Notes under the pieces: generated by a model
The model's input: only the letters and a program-made list of their open reading frames with translations
Database searches by the model: none
Told to the model about the DNA's origin: nothing
Program-made: the position numbers and the translations under genes
Part shown: piece by piece, positions 49,088 to 59,049 of the stretch
How positions within the stretch are numbered: the first letter of the stretch is position 1
Layout of the letters: every line of letters starts with the position of its first letter
Assembly: GCA_021789595.1 (NCBI GenBank)
Contig: JAJYJJ010000013.1
Span: forward strand, 238-64,237
Direction: 5' to 3'
DNA: 64,000 nt
Source: Nitrospirota bacterium
Lineage (GTDB): Bacteria > Nitrospirota > Thermodesulfovibrionia > UBA6902 > JAJYJJ01

Positions 49088-52000
49088 TTAAGCCTCCGAT
49101 TGGTTTTTCACTTCAGACATGACCCTTTGCCTTCCTTTTCCAATCGCTACAAAGCAGACTATCGCAAGGATTACAATAATGGCCCAGATGTGTAATGGCG
49201 GAAATACAAGCGCAAAGAAAGCGCGAAGAGAAGGATTAATAATTATAACGCCGGGGATAATTATCAGCGCGACTATAAAAAGTCGTTGCCAGTTAGTTAC
49301 GGGGCGTGCTAACAGTATGAGGATAGATAAGCCACAGCCTACCAGTGTGAGGGTAGCTGCTGTTCGAGCCAGGCTAATATTCATTGGTTCAATTTGGCGG
49401 GTAAGGGCATAAGCAATGAGCGTAGCACCAGCAGCAAATCCTCCGGCGGGGATAGCAAAACGCAATACGCGGGAGACAAAGCCGCGTTGAGCTCGGGTGG
49501 TATTGCGCGAGAGAGATAACAATAATGCGGGCGTGCCAACTGTTAGAAAGCCAATGAGTGTTAAATGCCGTGGTAAAAAAGGAAATGGAACCTGAGCGAC
49601 TCCCACTGACAGAGCCAGCGCAAACACATACATAGTTTTTGTAATGAATAGATTTGCAGTGCGTTCAATGTTGGCAATGACGCGACGACCTTCTGCGATA
49701 ACCATGGGGAGTATTGCGAAGTTATTAGAAAGGAGTATTAGTTGGGCAATAGCTCGGCTGGCTTTGGTTCCAGAACCCATAGCAATGCCAAAGTCTGCTT
49801 CCTTTATGGCCAATACATCATTAACACCATCACCAATCATAGCAACGACATGTTCTTCCCGCTGTAGGGCAGTAATAATGAGCCGTTTTTGCTCAGGCGT
49901 GACTCTTCCAAATACATTATATTTTTCTATCACAGCAGCAAGAGCAATAGGATCTGTGGGTAGAGTTCGTCCATCTTGGGATAACTCAGCGCCTATTACT
50001 CCTGCGGCAGTTGCAACAGCTGCTACTGTTTGAGGATTATCACCGGAAATAACCTTGACCGCCACACCTTGATCTTTGAAGTATTGTAGTGTCTGTTCTA
50101 CTTCCTTACGGAGATGTTCACCAAGTATGATAAGAGCGGCGGGCATTAATGTGGGCAGAGAAATAAGTTGGCTGCCGGGAGTGTAAGGAAGTTGATCTTT
50201 GGTATATGACAATGCAAGAACTCGTTTTCCTTTTTTGGCGTGTTGACTAATTTCAGACCATAGAGGGGAAGTGGGTTCAAGATGGGTAAGTGCAACCTCT
50301 GGTGCGCCAAGTACCCAGGTGCCATAGTTATCGAATATAACTGCGCTCCATTTTCTCGCTGAGGAAAATGGGATAGTACCCTTAATGCTCCAAACATCTC
50401 CTTGCGGCGGTGAACACGCGGCGGCGATGGCAATAAGGCTTGCGTTGGGATTTGGCTCTATTTTAGAAAAAACACCCAACACATCTTTTGGATTACATGG
50501 TGGCGTGCTTATGGTCGTTCCTATAATGTGATCAGTTGGAATAATGTTCTCCATAAACATTTTACCCTCGGTGAGTGTTCCGGTCTTATCAAGGCAAAGC
50601 ACATCTACTCGAGCGAGCATTTCAACAGCAGCGAGTTCCTGGATAAGTGCATTGCGTCGGGCAAGCCGGACTACAGCTACAGCCATAGCTACACTCGTAA
50701 GGAGAACCAATCCCTCCGGCACCATGCCCACGACCCCTGCGACTGAGCCTGCGATCGCATCACGCCAACCGTATTGCATATATAAAATTTGAGTAATAAA
50801 TAATAGTAGAGAAGTAGGGACAAGAAACCACGTGATATAACCAAGAAAGCGGTTAATTCCTTCGCGTAGTTCAGAGCGAGAGAGTTCAAATCTACGGGCA
50901 GCATTCGCCAGTCTGCGAGAATAGGCTTGCTCTCCCACGCGAACGGCTTGAATTCGGCAACTCCCGGCTATGACAAAACTGCCGGAATAGATTTCATCGT
51001 CAACATCCTTTACAACTGGCTCGGACTCACCGGTGAGGAATGACTCATCTACCTCCACATTGTTTGAGCGTAACACTACTCCATCAACTGGAACTTGATC
51101 GCCCATACGCAGTTCAATCACATCATCAATGACAATCTGATCTACTGTTACTTCCTGTACCGAATCAGAGCGTACTACTCGCTCTTTGGTAGCCGTGATG
51201 AGCACAAGGCGATCCAAAGTCCATTTGGCGCGTAATTCCTGTATAATTCCGATTGCTATGTTAAAAATGATAACAATACCAAAGAGCGCATCCTGAACGG
51301 GACCGATCAAGAGTATAACAATTAACAGACTGCCCAGTAAGGCATTGAACCTCGTAAAGATATTCTCTTTGAGTATTTGGACAAAACTCCGGCTGGCCCG
51401 CTGTTTCGTGATATTGACTTGCCCGCTATCTATACGTTCCCTTACTTGTTCCTCACTCAAGCCGCCGGGTCCCGGTATAAACTGTCGCGAAATAGGAAGT
51501 AGTGAAATTGGAGCAGAAATATCAATCTCTGAGGGAACATAACTTATCGGTAAAGAACCGGCTGAGAGGTAGGAAGCACCTCTGGTCTGCTCAATAACGG
51601 AGGCTGCGGTATATATGATGGATAACCACAAAGCAGCAAGCGCCCACCCTCCAAGTACATCTGTTGGCCAATGTACTCCAAGATACACGCGTGAGATCCC
51701 GATAAGAAAAACTAAGGTAATTGCTGTTGCCCAGACAATAACTTTGCCTTGCCAACGGCGAAGGGTCTTAGCAAGCAAATAGGCAATTGCGCCATAAATG
51801 GCTGATAAAGCCGTATGGCCGGAAGGAAAGGCGTATCCGGTGGCAGGAGCAGCCATCCACGCCTCCAGGGGTCGCGGTCGAGCAATAGCAATTTTAAAGA
51901 TAAAATCAAGAACGCCGGTGCCAGCCACTGTGGCTGCAAGCAGCACAAAAGGGCGCCAACTGTTTGTTTTATAGCGCAAAAAAAGACCGACTACTACCGC

Positions 52001-52537
52001 AAGTGATATGACAAACCATCCATTACCGAGAAATGTCAGATAGCGCATCACGGTAGTTAGCCAGCCAATTCGATGGGCTGCAATATGTGCGACAATAGGC
52101 GCATCGAAATATACTATTTCATCTTTGGCGACTACATCCTCCAGCACACCACCAAATGCCCAAATGCTTAAACCTATCGCAACCAATCCGATAGTGAATG
52201 ATAATCCGTAGGCGGCCCCCGGATTGAACCTGCGGACAAGAAATTCAATCCACCCTCGATAGCGCGTCTCTATGCGCGTTATCCCCGGACGGTTGCGCAA
52301 CCTATTAATTAAAGCTCTTAACTGATCGGGATGTGAAGCGATCCATCCTGCGCTTAAACCTCCAATTACAATTGCTATAGCGAGTAGGACCAATATGAGG
52401 TTAGAGACAAAAGCACTATAAGGCGTATCACGGATTGCGGATAGCAGTGAATCGATTTGAGCATTCAAAGACTGCCCAGAGAGAGAAGGATTACTAATTT
52501 CAATCTGATCGAGAATGTTAGTCAAGGTCAAAACCAT
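49088..52537 (-). CDS. PAP2 phosphatase / CtpE-like P-type ATPase fusion
   Basis: KIAIARPRP, FPSGH, SRVYLGVHWPTD; then TGES, PEGL, DKTGT, SGDN, GDGVND in one uninterrupted 1149-aa ORF. Confidence 0.85.
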   Translation of the reverse strand: MVLTLTNILDQIEISNPSLSGQSLNAQIDSLLSAIRDTPYSAFVSNLILVLLAIAIVIGGLSAGWIASHPDQLRALINRLRNRPGITRIETRYRGWIEFLVRRFNPGAAYGLSFTIGLVAIGLSIWAFGGVLEDVVAKDEIVYFDAPIVAHIAAHRIGWLTTVMRYLTFLGNGWFVISLAVVVGLFLRYKTNSWRPFVLLAATVAGTGVLDFIFKIAIARPRPLEAWMAAPATGYAFPSGHTALSAIYGAIAYLLAKTLRRWQGKVIVWATAITLVFLIGISRVYLGVHWPTDVLGGWALAALWLSIIYTAASVIEQTRGASYLSAGSLPISYVPSEIDISAPISLLPISRQFIPGPGGLSEEQVRERIDSGQVNITKQRASRSFVQILKENIFTRFNALLGSLLIVILLIGPVQDALFGIVIIFNIAIGIIQELRAKWTLDRLVLITATKERVVRSDSVQEVTVDQIVIDDVIELRMGDQVPVDGVVLRSNNVEVDESFLTGESEPVVKDVDDEIYSGSFVIAGSCRIQAVRVGEQAYSRRLANAARRFELSRSELREGINRFLGYITWFLVPTSLLLFITQILYMQYGWRDAIAGSVAGVVGMVPEGLVLLTSVAMAVAVVRLARRNALIQELAAVEMLARVDVLCLDKTGTLTEGKMFMENIIPTDHIIGTTISTPPCNPKDVLGVFSKIEPNPNASLIAIAAACSPPQGDVWSIKGTIPFSSARKWSAVIFDNYGTWVLGAPEVALTHLEPTSPLWSEISQHAKKGKRVLALSYTKDQLPYTPGSQLISLPTLMPAALIILGEHLRKEVEQTLQYFKDQGVAVKVISGDNPQTVAAVATAAGVIGAELSQDGRTLPTDPIALAAVIEKYNVFGRVTPEQKRLIITALQREEHVVAMIGDGVNDVLAIKEADFGIAMGSGTKASRAIAQLILLSNNFAILPMVIAEGRRVIANIERTANLFITKTMYVFALALSVGVAQVPFPFLPRHLTLIGFLTVGTPALLLSLSRNTTRAQRGFVSRVLRFAIPAGGFAAGATLIAYALTRQIEPMNISLARTAATLTLVGCGLSILILLARPVTNWQRLFIVALIIIPGVIIINPSLRAFFALVFPPLHIWAIIVILAIVCFVAIGKGRQRVMSEVKNQSEA

Positions 52538-52666
52538 AATAGTATGCTCACTCCTTACTATAGGGTTAAATAATTATACACTGCATAAAAATTCTTTCTA
52601 TGAAATTGCAAATCGTCAAGCCTTATTTTAAAGCACCCCTACTAACTTGCAAGTGAACACACACGA

Positions 52667-53218
52667 TCACACTTTTCCATCTTTTTTTTCAAAACTGCCG
52701 TATCTGAGCGCCAGTGTCGGCAGCACAAGGAGGTTTAAGACAGTTGAGGTCGTAAGGCCGCCGAGGATCACTATTGCCATGGGTCCTTCAATCTCACGGC
52801 CTGGCGCTCCGCTGCCGATGGCGAGTGGCAGCAGTCCAAGGGCAGTAACCAATGCTGTCATGAGGATTGGTGCAAGCCGTTCTGATGCGCCCCTGATGGC
52901 TGTTTCAAGCCCCCAATTCATCTCCTCAAGATATTGGATAAACCTGAATGCAGCTCCTTCCCATTTTACCTCTTCCTCTAAAGCCTCTGGATTATCAGGG
53001 CGTTCCCTCAAAATAACACGCAGGACATGGATTTTGTTGGCGAGGAACTGGTTGTCTTCTCTTTCAAGATTGCTTGTAAGGACATGATATAAAAAGACAG
53101 AGGCAATAAGAAGTATGCCGGACGCAGATAAAGCATACAGAAAGGTCAATCTCTGCGTGATTGACCACATTCTCCTTGAGGCTGATGCAGGCGTATTCTC
53201 AGCGCTCTTCGAGGACAT
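52667..53218 (-). pseudogene. Chimera: CusS-like sensor kinase N-terminus fused to CzcA-like RND C-terminus
   Basis: [23 protein letters not shown] start, then [37 protein letters not shown]; junction near 52930. Confidence 0.8.
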
Positions 53219-53870
53219 ATCCTACCCCGCGAATTGTATGGATTAATTTCTTTTCAAAAGGGTCGTCCAATTTTCTTCTGAGACGGCGGATGGCAACATC
53301 CACTACATTGGTGTCACTATCAAAGTTCATATCCCAGACCTGTTCAGCAATCAGAGTCCGTGACAGAACTTCGCCTGCCCGTTGCGTCATAAGTGACAGA
53401 AGGGCAAACTCCTTAGGGGTCAGGTCAAGGTGTTGTCCGCTTCTTATCGCTTTGTGCCGCAGAAGGTTGATCTCCAGGTCAGCAATCCTGAGTATTTCAG
53501 GTTGTCGGGTTGGACCCCGGCGGAGGATGGCACGCACCCGGGCAAGCAATTCAGAGAACGAGAAAGGCTTCACCAGATAGTCGTCTGCACCCAGTTCCAG
53601 CCCCATGACCCGATCACGAACCGAGTCACGTGCAGTCAGAAAAAGGACATGGGTTTGCTTTCCACGTTGCCTTATTTCGGCAATAATTGACCAGCCATCT
53701 CTTTCCGGGAGCATTACATCGAGGATAATAAGGTCGTATTCGCGGGTTGTGGCGAGAAAGAGACCTTCGTCTCCCTCGTGAGCGATATCCGCAACGAAGC
53801 CGCTTTCTGTCAGCCCTTTCCGGAGGTATACCGCTGTCTTTTGTTCATCTTCTATGATTAAAATACGCAT
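53199..53870 (-). CDS. cusR: Heavy-metal response regulator (CusR/CzcR-like)
   Basis: OmpR family; [21 protein letters not shown]. Confidence 0.85.
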   Translation of the reverse strand: MRILIIEDEQKTAVYLRKGLTESGFVADIAHEGDEGLFLATTREYDLIILDVMLPERDGWSIIAEIRQRGKQTHVLFLTARDSVRDRVMGLELGADDYLVKPFSFSELLARVRAILRRGPTRQPEILRIADLEINLLRHKAIRSGQHLDLTPKEFALLSLMTQRAGEVLSRTLIAEQVWDMNFDSDTNVVDVAIRRLRRKLDDPFEKKLIHTIRGVGYVLEER

Positions 53871-53873
53871 AAC

Positions 53874-55304
53874 CTAACTGGTAATTTTGTCTCCTTTAAG
53901 ATAAACATATACAGTAGTTCCATGTCCCACCCTGCTTTTTATCTCTATCCTGCCGCCGTGTAATTTAACAATTTCATCACATATGCTTAATCCCAATCCG
54001 ATACCGCCGCTCTCTCTTGAACGGGATTTATCAACACGATAAAAGCGGTCAAAGACCCTGTCTAAATCTCCTTCGGATATGCCGATTCCTGTATCTCTTA
54101 TCTCGGTCACAATAAAACCCGTTTCTTTTTTAATGGAAATATCTATTTTCCCTTGAGGAATATTATATTTTATGGCATTGTCTATGAGATTTGTGAAAAG
54201 TTCCAGCAATGCCGCCCTGTCTCCACGGATTACAGATTGTTCATTCCCGGAGATATTTATACTTATGCCCTTTTGTTCAGCAAGAGGGGTTAACAGTTTT
54301 ACTGCCTCATGGATGGTTTTGCCGATATTTATATCTTCGATCTTGAGTTCGACTTTATCAGAACTTAAGCGTACCAAGGTGAGGAGTTTCTGGACTATCT
54401 GTGACATCGTCTTTGCAGTATCTATAATGGCTGTAACGGCCTTTTTGTATTCTTCTGCAGTCCTTTCCCTTCTCAATGCAACCTCACCCTGAGTCAGGAT
54501 GACAGATAACGGCGTCCTGAGTTCATGGGATGCATCGGCAGTAAATTGTTTCTGGCGATTAAAGGCATTTTCAAGGCTGTCAAATGTGCGATTAAAGGAG
54601 GCTGCGAGGCCCTTCAATTCCGACGGGATGCTTTTTTCAGTTACCCTTTCTGAAAGATTAGATTCTGAAATCCTGTCAATGGTCTCAGAGATCTCCTTTA
54701 TGGGCGTAAGCGCCTTTTTTGCGATTAAGAAGCTGCCTGATGCAGAGATGATCATGATAAAAACAATGGAAAGGGAAAGGACAATACTATAGCTCTGAAT
54801 GAGGTCTATCCTGTCCTCTATATCCTCGGCACACTGGATAACGAGGCCGTGCCCTTTGTTTTTTACTGCAGAGGTTTTTTCTTTATTCCCATGCCTGTTG
54901 TCCTCAGGGACATAAAAATTGACGAGCCTTGTGGGTTCACCATTTAAAAAGATGGTCTTAAAACTTGTCTGGTCTTTTCCTGCTTGAAATGGAAGCTCAG
55001 AATCTCTCAAGGATGCTGATTTCTCAAGAGTGGTTCCATCAAAGCGGCGTATCTGAAAGAAGTTCTTTGATTTTGGCGAATTGTATTCCCACATGACATC
55101 ATCGGAAAATTTAAACTCCGTTTCGTTGTCGTTTTCAGTTACCAGGGTCGCCAATGCCTTTGCCCTTGACAGAAGGCCGGAGTCAATAGAGCTATAGACG
55201 ATCTTATGGAGGCTGAAATATAGAAATACCCCCAGTGCGGATAGTGTCAGGAACAGGACGACCATATAAAATGCTATAACCCTTGCCTTTATGGAAGAAA
55301 GCAT
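53874..55304 (-). CDS. HAMP-containing sensor histidine kinase
   Basis: 2 TMs, ADASHELRTPL, NAIKYN, GIGLGL. Confidence 0.9.
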   Translation of the reverse strand: MLSSIKARVIAFYMVVLFLTLSALGVFLYFSLHKIVYSSIDSGLLSRAKALATLVTENDNETEFKFSDDVMWEYNSPKSKNFFQIRRFDGTTLEKSASLRDSELPFQAGKDQTSFKTIFLNGEPTRLVNFYVPEDNRHGNKEKTSAVKNKGHGLVIQCAEDIEDRIDLIQSYSIVLSLSIVFIMIISASGSFLIAKKALTPIKEISETIDRISESNLSERVTEKSIPSELKGLAASFNRTFDSLENAFNRQKQFTADASHELRTPLSVILTQGEVALRRERTAEEYKKAVTAIIDTAKTMSQIVQKLLTLVRLSSDKVELKIEDINIGKTIHEAVKLLTPLAEQKGISINISGNEQSVIRGDRAALLELFTNLIDNAIKYNIPQGKIDISIKKETGFIVTEIRDTGIGISEGDLDRVFDRFYRVDKSRSRESGGIGLGLSICDEIVKLHGGRIEIKSRVGHGTTVYVYLKGDKITS

Positions 55305-55305
55305 C

Positions 55306-55974
55306 TTATCCCTTCAATATATATCCTGCACCGCGAACGGTAAGGATGAGCTTTTTATCGAATCCCCTGTCGATCTTGTTCCTGATACGGTTGATAAAGA
55401 CATCTATGACATTGCTGTCAAGGTCAAAATCCTGGTCATAGAGATGCTCTGTCAGCGATGTCCTGCTTAAAACCATATCTTTATTAATCGCCATATACTC
55501 AAGGAGGGCATATTCCCTTGGTGAAAGTAAAATTTGTTTTCCTCCTCTTTTTACCTCACGGGTAGCCATGTCAATGATAATGCCCCCTATCTCTATGACA
55601 GAGGTCTTAACCTCGGAATTCCTTCTCAGCAATGCCCTGATGCGTGCCAGGAGTTCTTCAAAGAGGAATGGCTTTGTCAGATAGTCATCGGCTCCGCTGT
55701 CCAAACCTGATACCTTGTCCATCAATGCATCCTTGGCTGTAAGCATGAGAACAGGGGTTTTAATCCCTGTCTTGCGGATCCTTTTCAGGATGGTCATTCC
55801 ATCAATAACAGGCAGCATTATATCAAGCATTATGAGGTCTGACGGCTCGTTTTCAGCCATAAAGAGACCATCCTCTCCGTTGTATGCTACATCCACTGCA
55901 TAGCCCTCTTCCTCAAGTCCCTTCTTTATTATGTCAGCCAAAGATTTTTCGTCTTCAACAATCAATATCCGCAT
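55306..55974 (-). CDS. OmpR-family response regulator
   Basis: REC + wHTH, GADDYLTKPF, SNVIDV. Confidence 0.92.
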   Translation of the reverse strand: MRILIVEDEKSLADIIKKGLEEEGYAVDVAYNGEDGLFMAENEPSDLIMLDIMLPVIDGMTILKRIRKTGIKTPVLMLTAKDALMDKVSGLDSGADDYLTKPFLFEELLARIRALLRRNSEVKTSVIEIGGIIIDMATREVKRGGKQILLSPREYALLEYMAINKDMVLSRTSLTEHLYDQDFDLDSNVIDVFINRIRNKIDRGFDKKLILTVRGAGYILKG

Positions 55975-55980
55975 ACAATA

Positions 55981-58900
55981 TCATCTGCCTTTATCCGGTT
56001 CATTTACAATACGTTCTCTTGAGGATAATAGATAATATAATGCTGGCATCACAACAAGTGCAAGCGGAATCTGGATCAGCAGCCCGGAAATAATTGCAAT
56101 TGCAAGGGGCTGCTGCATGGCGGCCCCCTGGCCTATGGCCAGAGCCAGCGGGAGCAGCGTAAGAATAGCCACAAAGGTGGTCATGACGATCGGCCGCATG
56201 CGGTTTTTCCCGGCCTCGATCAATGCCGGCAGCGTATCCATGGTTTCCGTAAGGTCTCCGTATTCCGAAAAATAAAATATTGCGACTTCGGTGACAATGC
56301 CGACTATCATAGTCATTCCCATCATGGCGGAAATATTGAGTTCGGTGCCGGTCAGCCATAAGCCGACAAATACCGCTGACAATGACAGCAGCGGGATTGT
56401 CATGATCGCCAGCACAACCTGAAAGCGTTCGTATAAAAACAAAAGCAGCAGGAAGACCAATGCGATGGCACCAACGAATACGGCAATGAGTCCTTTGAAG
56501 GCAATCTGCTGCTGTTTATACATCCCGCCCAATTCAAAGTATACGCCTTGCGGTATTAGGCCCGGACGCATCAGTGCCTGGCGTACTTCCTGGATGACAG
56601 ACCCCATATCACGCCCGCTAATGCGACCTGTGACTGCTATCATGGGTTTCAGGTTCTCACTGGTAATCTCCGGTTGTCCTGCGACAGGCAATACACTTGC
56701 TATACGCCGTAAAGGGAATAAATGTCCGTCAGGTGCGTGCATCAGTAAGTTCCCTATATCTGTGGTAGTGGTACGCAGATCATGTGGGATCCATACCCGG
56801 ACACCGACCATCTTGATCCCCTTCTGGATCTGCGTGGTTACCGAGCCGGTCAGATAGTCCTTCAGCGTATCTGTAACAGCCTCGGGGTCAACGCCCTCTA
56901 ATGCAGCCTTAATACGGTCAACTTTAATCTCCAGTGCATCCCCTGCTAAAACAATACCGTCACGCACATCCACTACACCATGGAGCTTGCTAATGGCAGC
57001 AGCTATACGAGGTGCCAGGGATCGCAGTTGTGAGGGATTATCCGAATAGAGCTTGATTTCAATAGGCTGCGGAACAGCAGTTAGATCGCCGATCAGGTCT
57101 TCCATGAGTTGTGCCAATTCAATCTTCACACCCGGCACATTATGCTCAATCTTACTGCGAATCTCATCCATAACCTTGTTAATCGGCCGCCGGGGCAGTG
57201 GTTTCAGACGAATAAAAAAATCGCTTGAGTTGGCTTCTGTCAGCCCTCCGCCAAGCTGCGTGCCTGTACGCCGCGAATAGGTCTGCACCTCAGGGGTAGC
57301 CTTGATAATCGCCTCTATCTGGCGCATCAAGCGGTCTGTCTCAGAAAGTGCGGTGCCTGGTGGTGTTAGGCAGTCCAGGATAAAGCCGCCTTCGTCCATC
57401 TTTGGCATAAAACCTGAACCAACCTGCCTGTAACCAATATACCCCAGCACCAGCAGGGGGATAATCCCTGTAAGGATTAAGGCAGGCTGTTTCAACACAC
57501 GCTGCATCATCCATGTATAAATACGGTGCACATGGGTTGTGAGCCTGCCTCCCTCTTTTTGTCCTGCATCTTTTTTGCCCAGCATATGGTCTGCCAAGAT
57601 GGGAACTGCCAGCAGTGTAATCAAATAAGAGAAGACCAGAGCCGCTGCCATGGTGAGCGAGAGCGCCTTGAAGAAGGCCCCTGTCACCCCGCTCAGGAAC
57701 GCCAGCGGTAAAAAGATAATGATGGTGGCAGAAGAAGAACCTACAAGCGGCCGGGCAAACTCACGCGCAGCAGCCATCACATGCCCCTCGTGGTCACCTT
57801 CGCCTGTGCGCAGGCGGCGCATGATGTGCTCGACCATTACAATGACATCATCAATGATCAGCCCCACAGCAGATGCCATACCGCCCAGCGTCATAATGTT
57901 GAAACTCATTTTCATCACATAGAGCAATAGTATTGTGGCCGCCAGTACCGTCGGCACTATGATAATGGCAATCAGGGTAATCTTGATATTGCGTAAAAAC
58001 AAAAACAGCACTACTGCTCCGAGGATTACACCTATAATGATTGCATCTCGCACACTGGATGCAGAAGCTATAATTAATTCGCTCTGGTCATACCAGGTGC
58101 TGATATTCACCCCTTTCGAAAGCTGTGGCTGAAAAGCCGCAAGCTTTGCCTTAATGTCATTGTCAATCTGAACGGTATTGCCGCCTAATTGCTGGTATAT
58201 ATTTATCAGCACAGCATCATGGCCGTCTGCAGTTACACGCAGCCACTGAGGCACGGTATCACGTTTTACAGTAGCTACATCTTCCAGACGGACTATGCCA
58301 TTGGTGCCGCTGCGCAATATGGTCTGACGAATCTGCTCAAGGCTGGTAAGGCGTGTATCCGACATTGACAGGTAGAGTTTGTAGTGATCCTCCATGCGCC
58401 CCACTGCTGTAATCACATTGGCCGCTGTGAGTGCTTTCGCTACATCGCTTAATGTCAATCCATAAGCCTGCAGACGCGCAGGATCCACTGTAACACGGTA
58501 TTCCCTTCGGGCACCACCAACAACCTGCACCCTGGAGACGCCGTTTACGCTGGACAGTAAAGGAACCAACTGGTATTTTGCTATATCATGCAATTCAACC
58601 AGAGAGTGGCTGTCAGAGGTCAGGCTGTAAGCCAGCACAGGAAATACTGTTGGATCCATACGTTTGACCTTGAATGTGGTTCCGGCAGGCAATTTGGGCA
58701 GTACCCGACTGACTGCCGATTCCACCTGCAGCATGGAAGATACCATGCCTGAACCCCAGTCAAAATTAACCGAGATTTCAGCGCTGCCGCGGCTGCTCGT
58801 TGACCGCACTGATTTCACACCAGGCACTGCACGAACAGCTTCCTCAACCGGCCGGGTGACCTGTAGCTCCATCAGCTCTGCTGCACGGTCTCCTGCATCC

Positions 58901-59049
58901 AGAGATACTACTACACGGGGGAAATCTACTTTCGGAAATAAGGCTACAGGAAGTTTGAAAGATACGGCCGCGCCTGCCACGGCAAGCATTAACACTACAA
59001 ATAGGATTGAGCGCCGGTGCGCCTGTGTCCAGAGGGTAAAAAGGCTCAT
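55981..59049 (-). CDS. RND efflux permease (CusA/AcrB-like)
   Basis: 1022 aa; DDVIVMVEH, RMRPIVMT, QQPLA. Confidence 0.9.
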   Translation of the reverse strand: MSLFTLWTQAHRRSILFVVLMLAVAGAAVSFKLPVALFPKVDFPRVVVSLDAGDRAAELMELQVTRPVEEAVRAVPGVKSVRSTSSRGSAEISVNFDWGSGMVSSMLQVESAVSRVLPKLPAGTTFKVKRMDPTVFPVLAYSLTSDSHSLVELHDIAKYQLVPLLSSVNGVSRVQVVGGARREYRVTVDPARLQAYGLTLSDVAKALTAANVITAVGRMEDHYKLYLSMSDTRLTSLEQIRQTILRSGTNGIVRLEDVATVKRDTVPQWLRVTADGHDAVLINIYQQLGGNTVQIDNDIKAKLAAFQPQLSKGVNISTWYDQSELIIASASSVRDAIIIGVILGAVVLFLFLRNIKITLIAIIIVPTVLAATILLLYVMKMSFNIMTLGGMASAVGLIIDDVIVMVEHIMRRLRTGEGDHEGHVMAAAREFARPLVGSSSATIIIFLPLAFLSGVTGAFFKALSLTMAAALVFSYLITLLAVPILADHMLGKKDAGQKEGGRLTTHVHRIYTWMMQRVLKQPALILTGIIPLLVLGYIGYRQVGSGFMPKMDEGGFILDCLTPPGTALSETDRLMRQIEAIIKATPEVQTYSRRTGTQLGGGLTEANSSDFFIRLKPLPRRPINKVMDEIRSKIEHNVPGVKIELAQLMEDLIGDLTAVPQPIEIKLYSDNPSQLRSLAPRIAAAISKLHGVVDVRDGIVLAGDALEIKVDRIKAALEGVDPEAVTDTLKDYLTGSVTTQIQKGIKMVGVRVWIPHDLRTTTTDIGNLLMHAPDGHLFPLRRIASVLPVAGQPEITSENLKPMIAVTGRISGRDMGSVIQEVRQALMRPGLIPQGVYFELGGMYKQQQIAFKGLIAVFVGAIALVFLLLLFLYERFQVVLAIMTIPLLSLSAVFVGLWLTGTELNISAMMGMTMIVGIVTEVAIFYFSEYGDLTETMDTLPALIEAGKNRMRPIVMTTFVAILTLLPLALAIGQGAAMQQPLAIAIISGLLIQIPLALVVMPALYYLLSSRERIVNEPDKGR

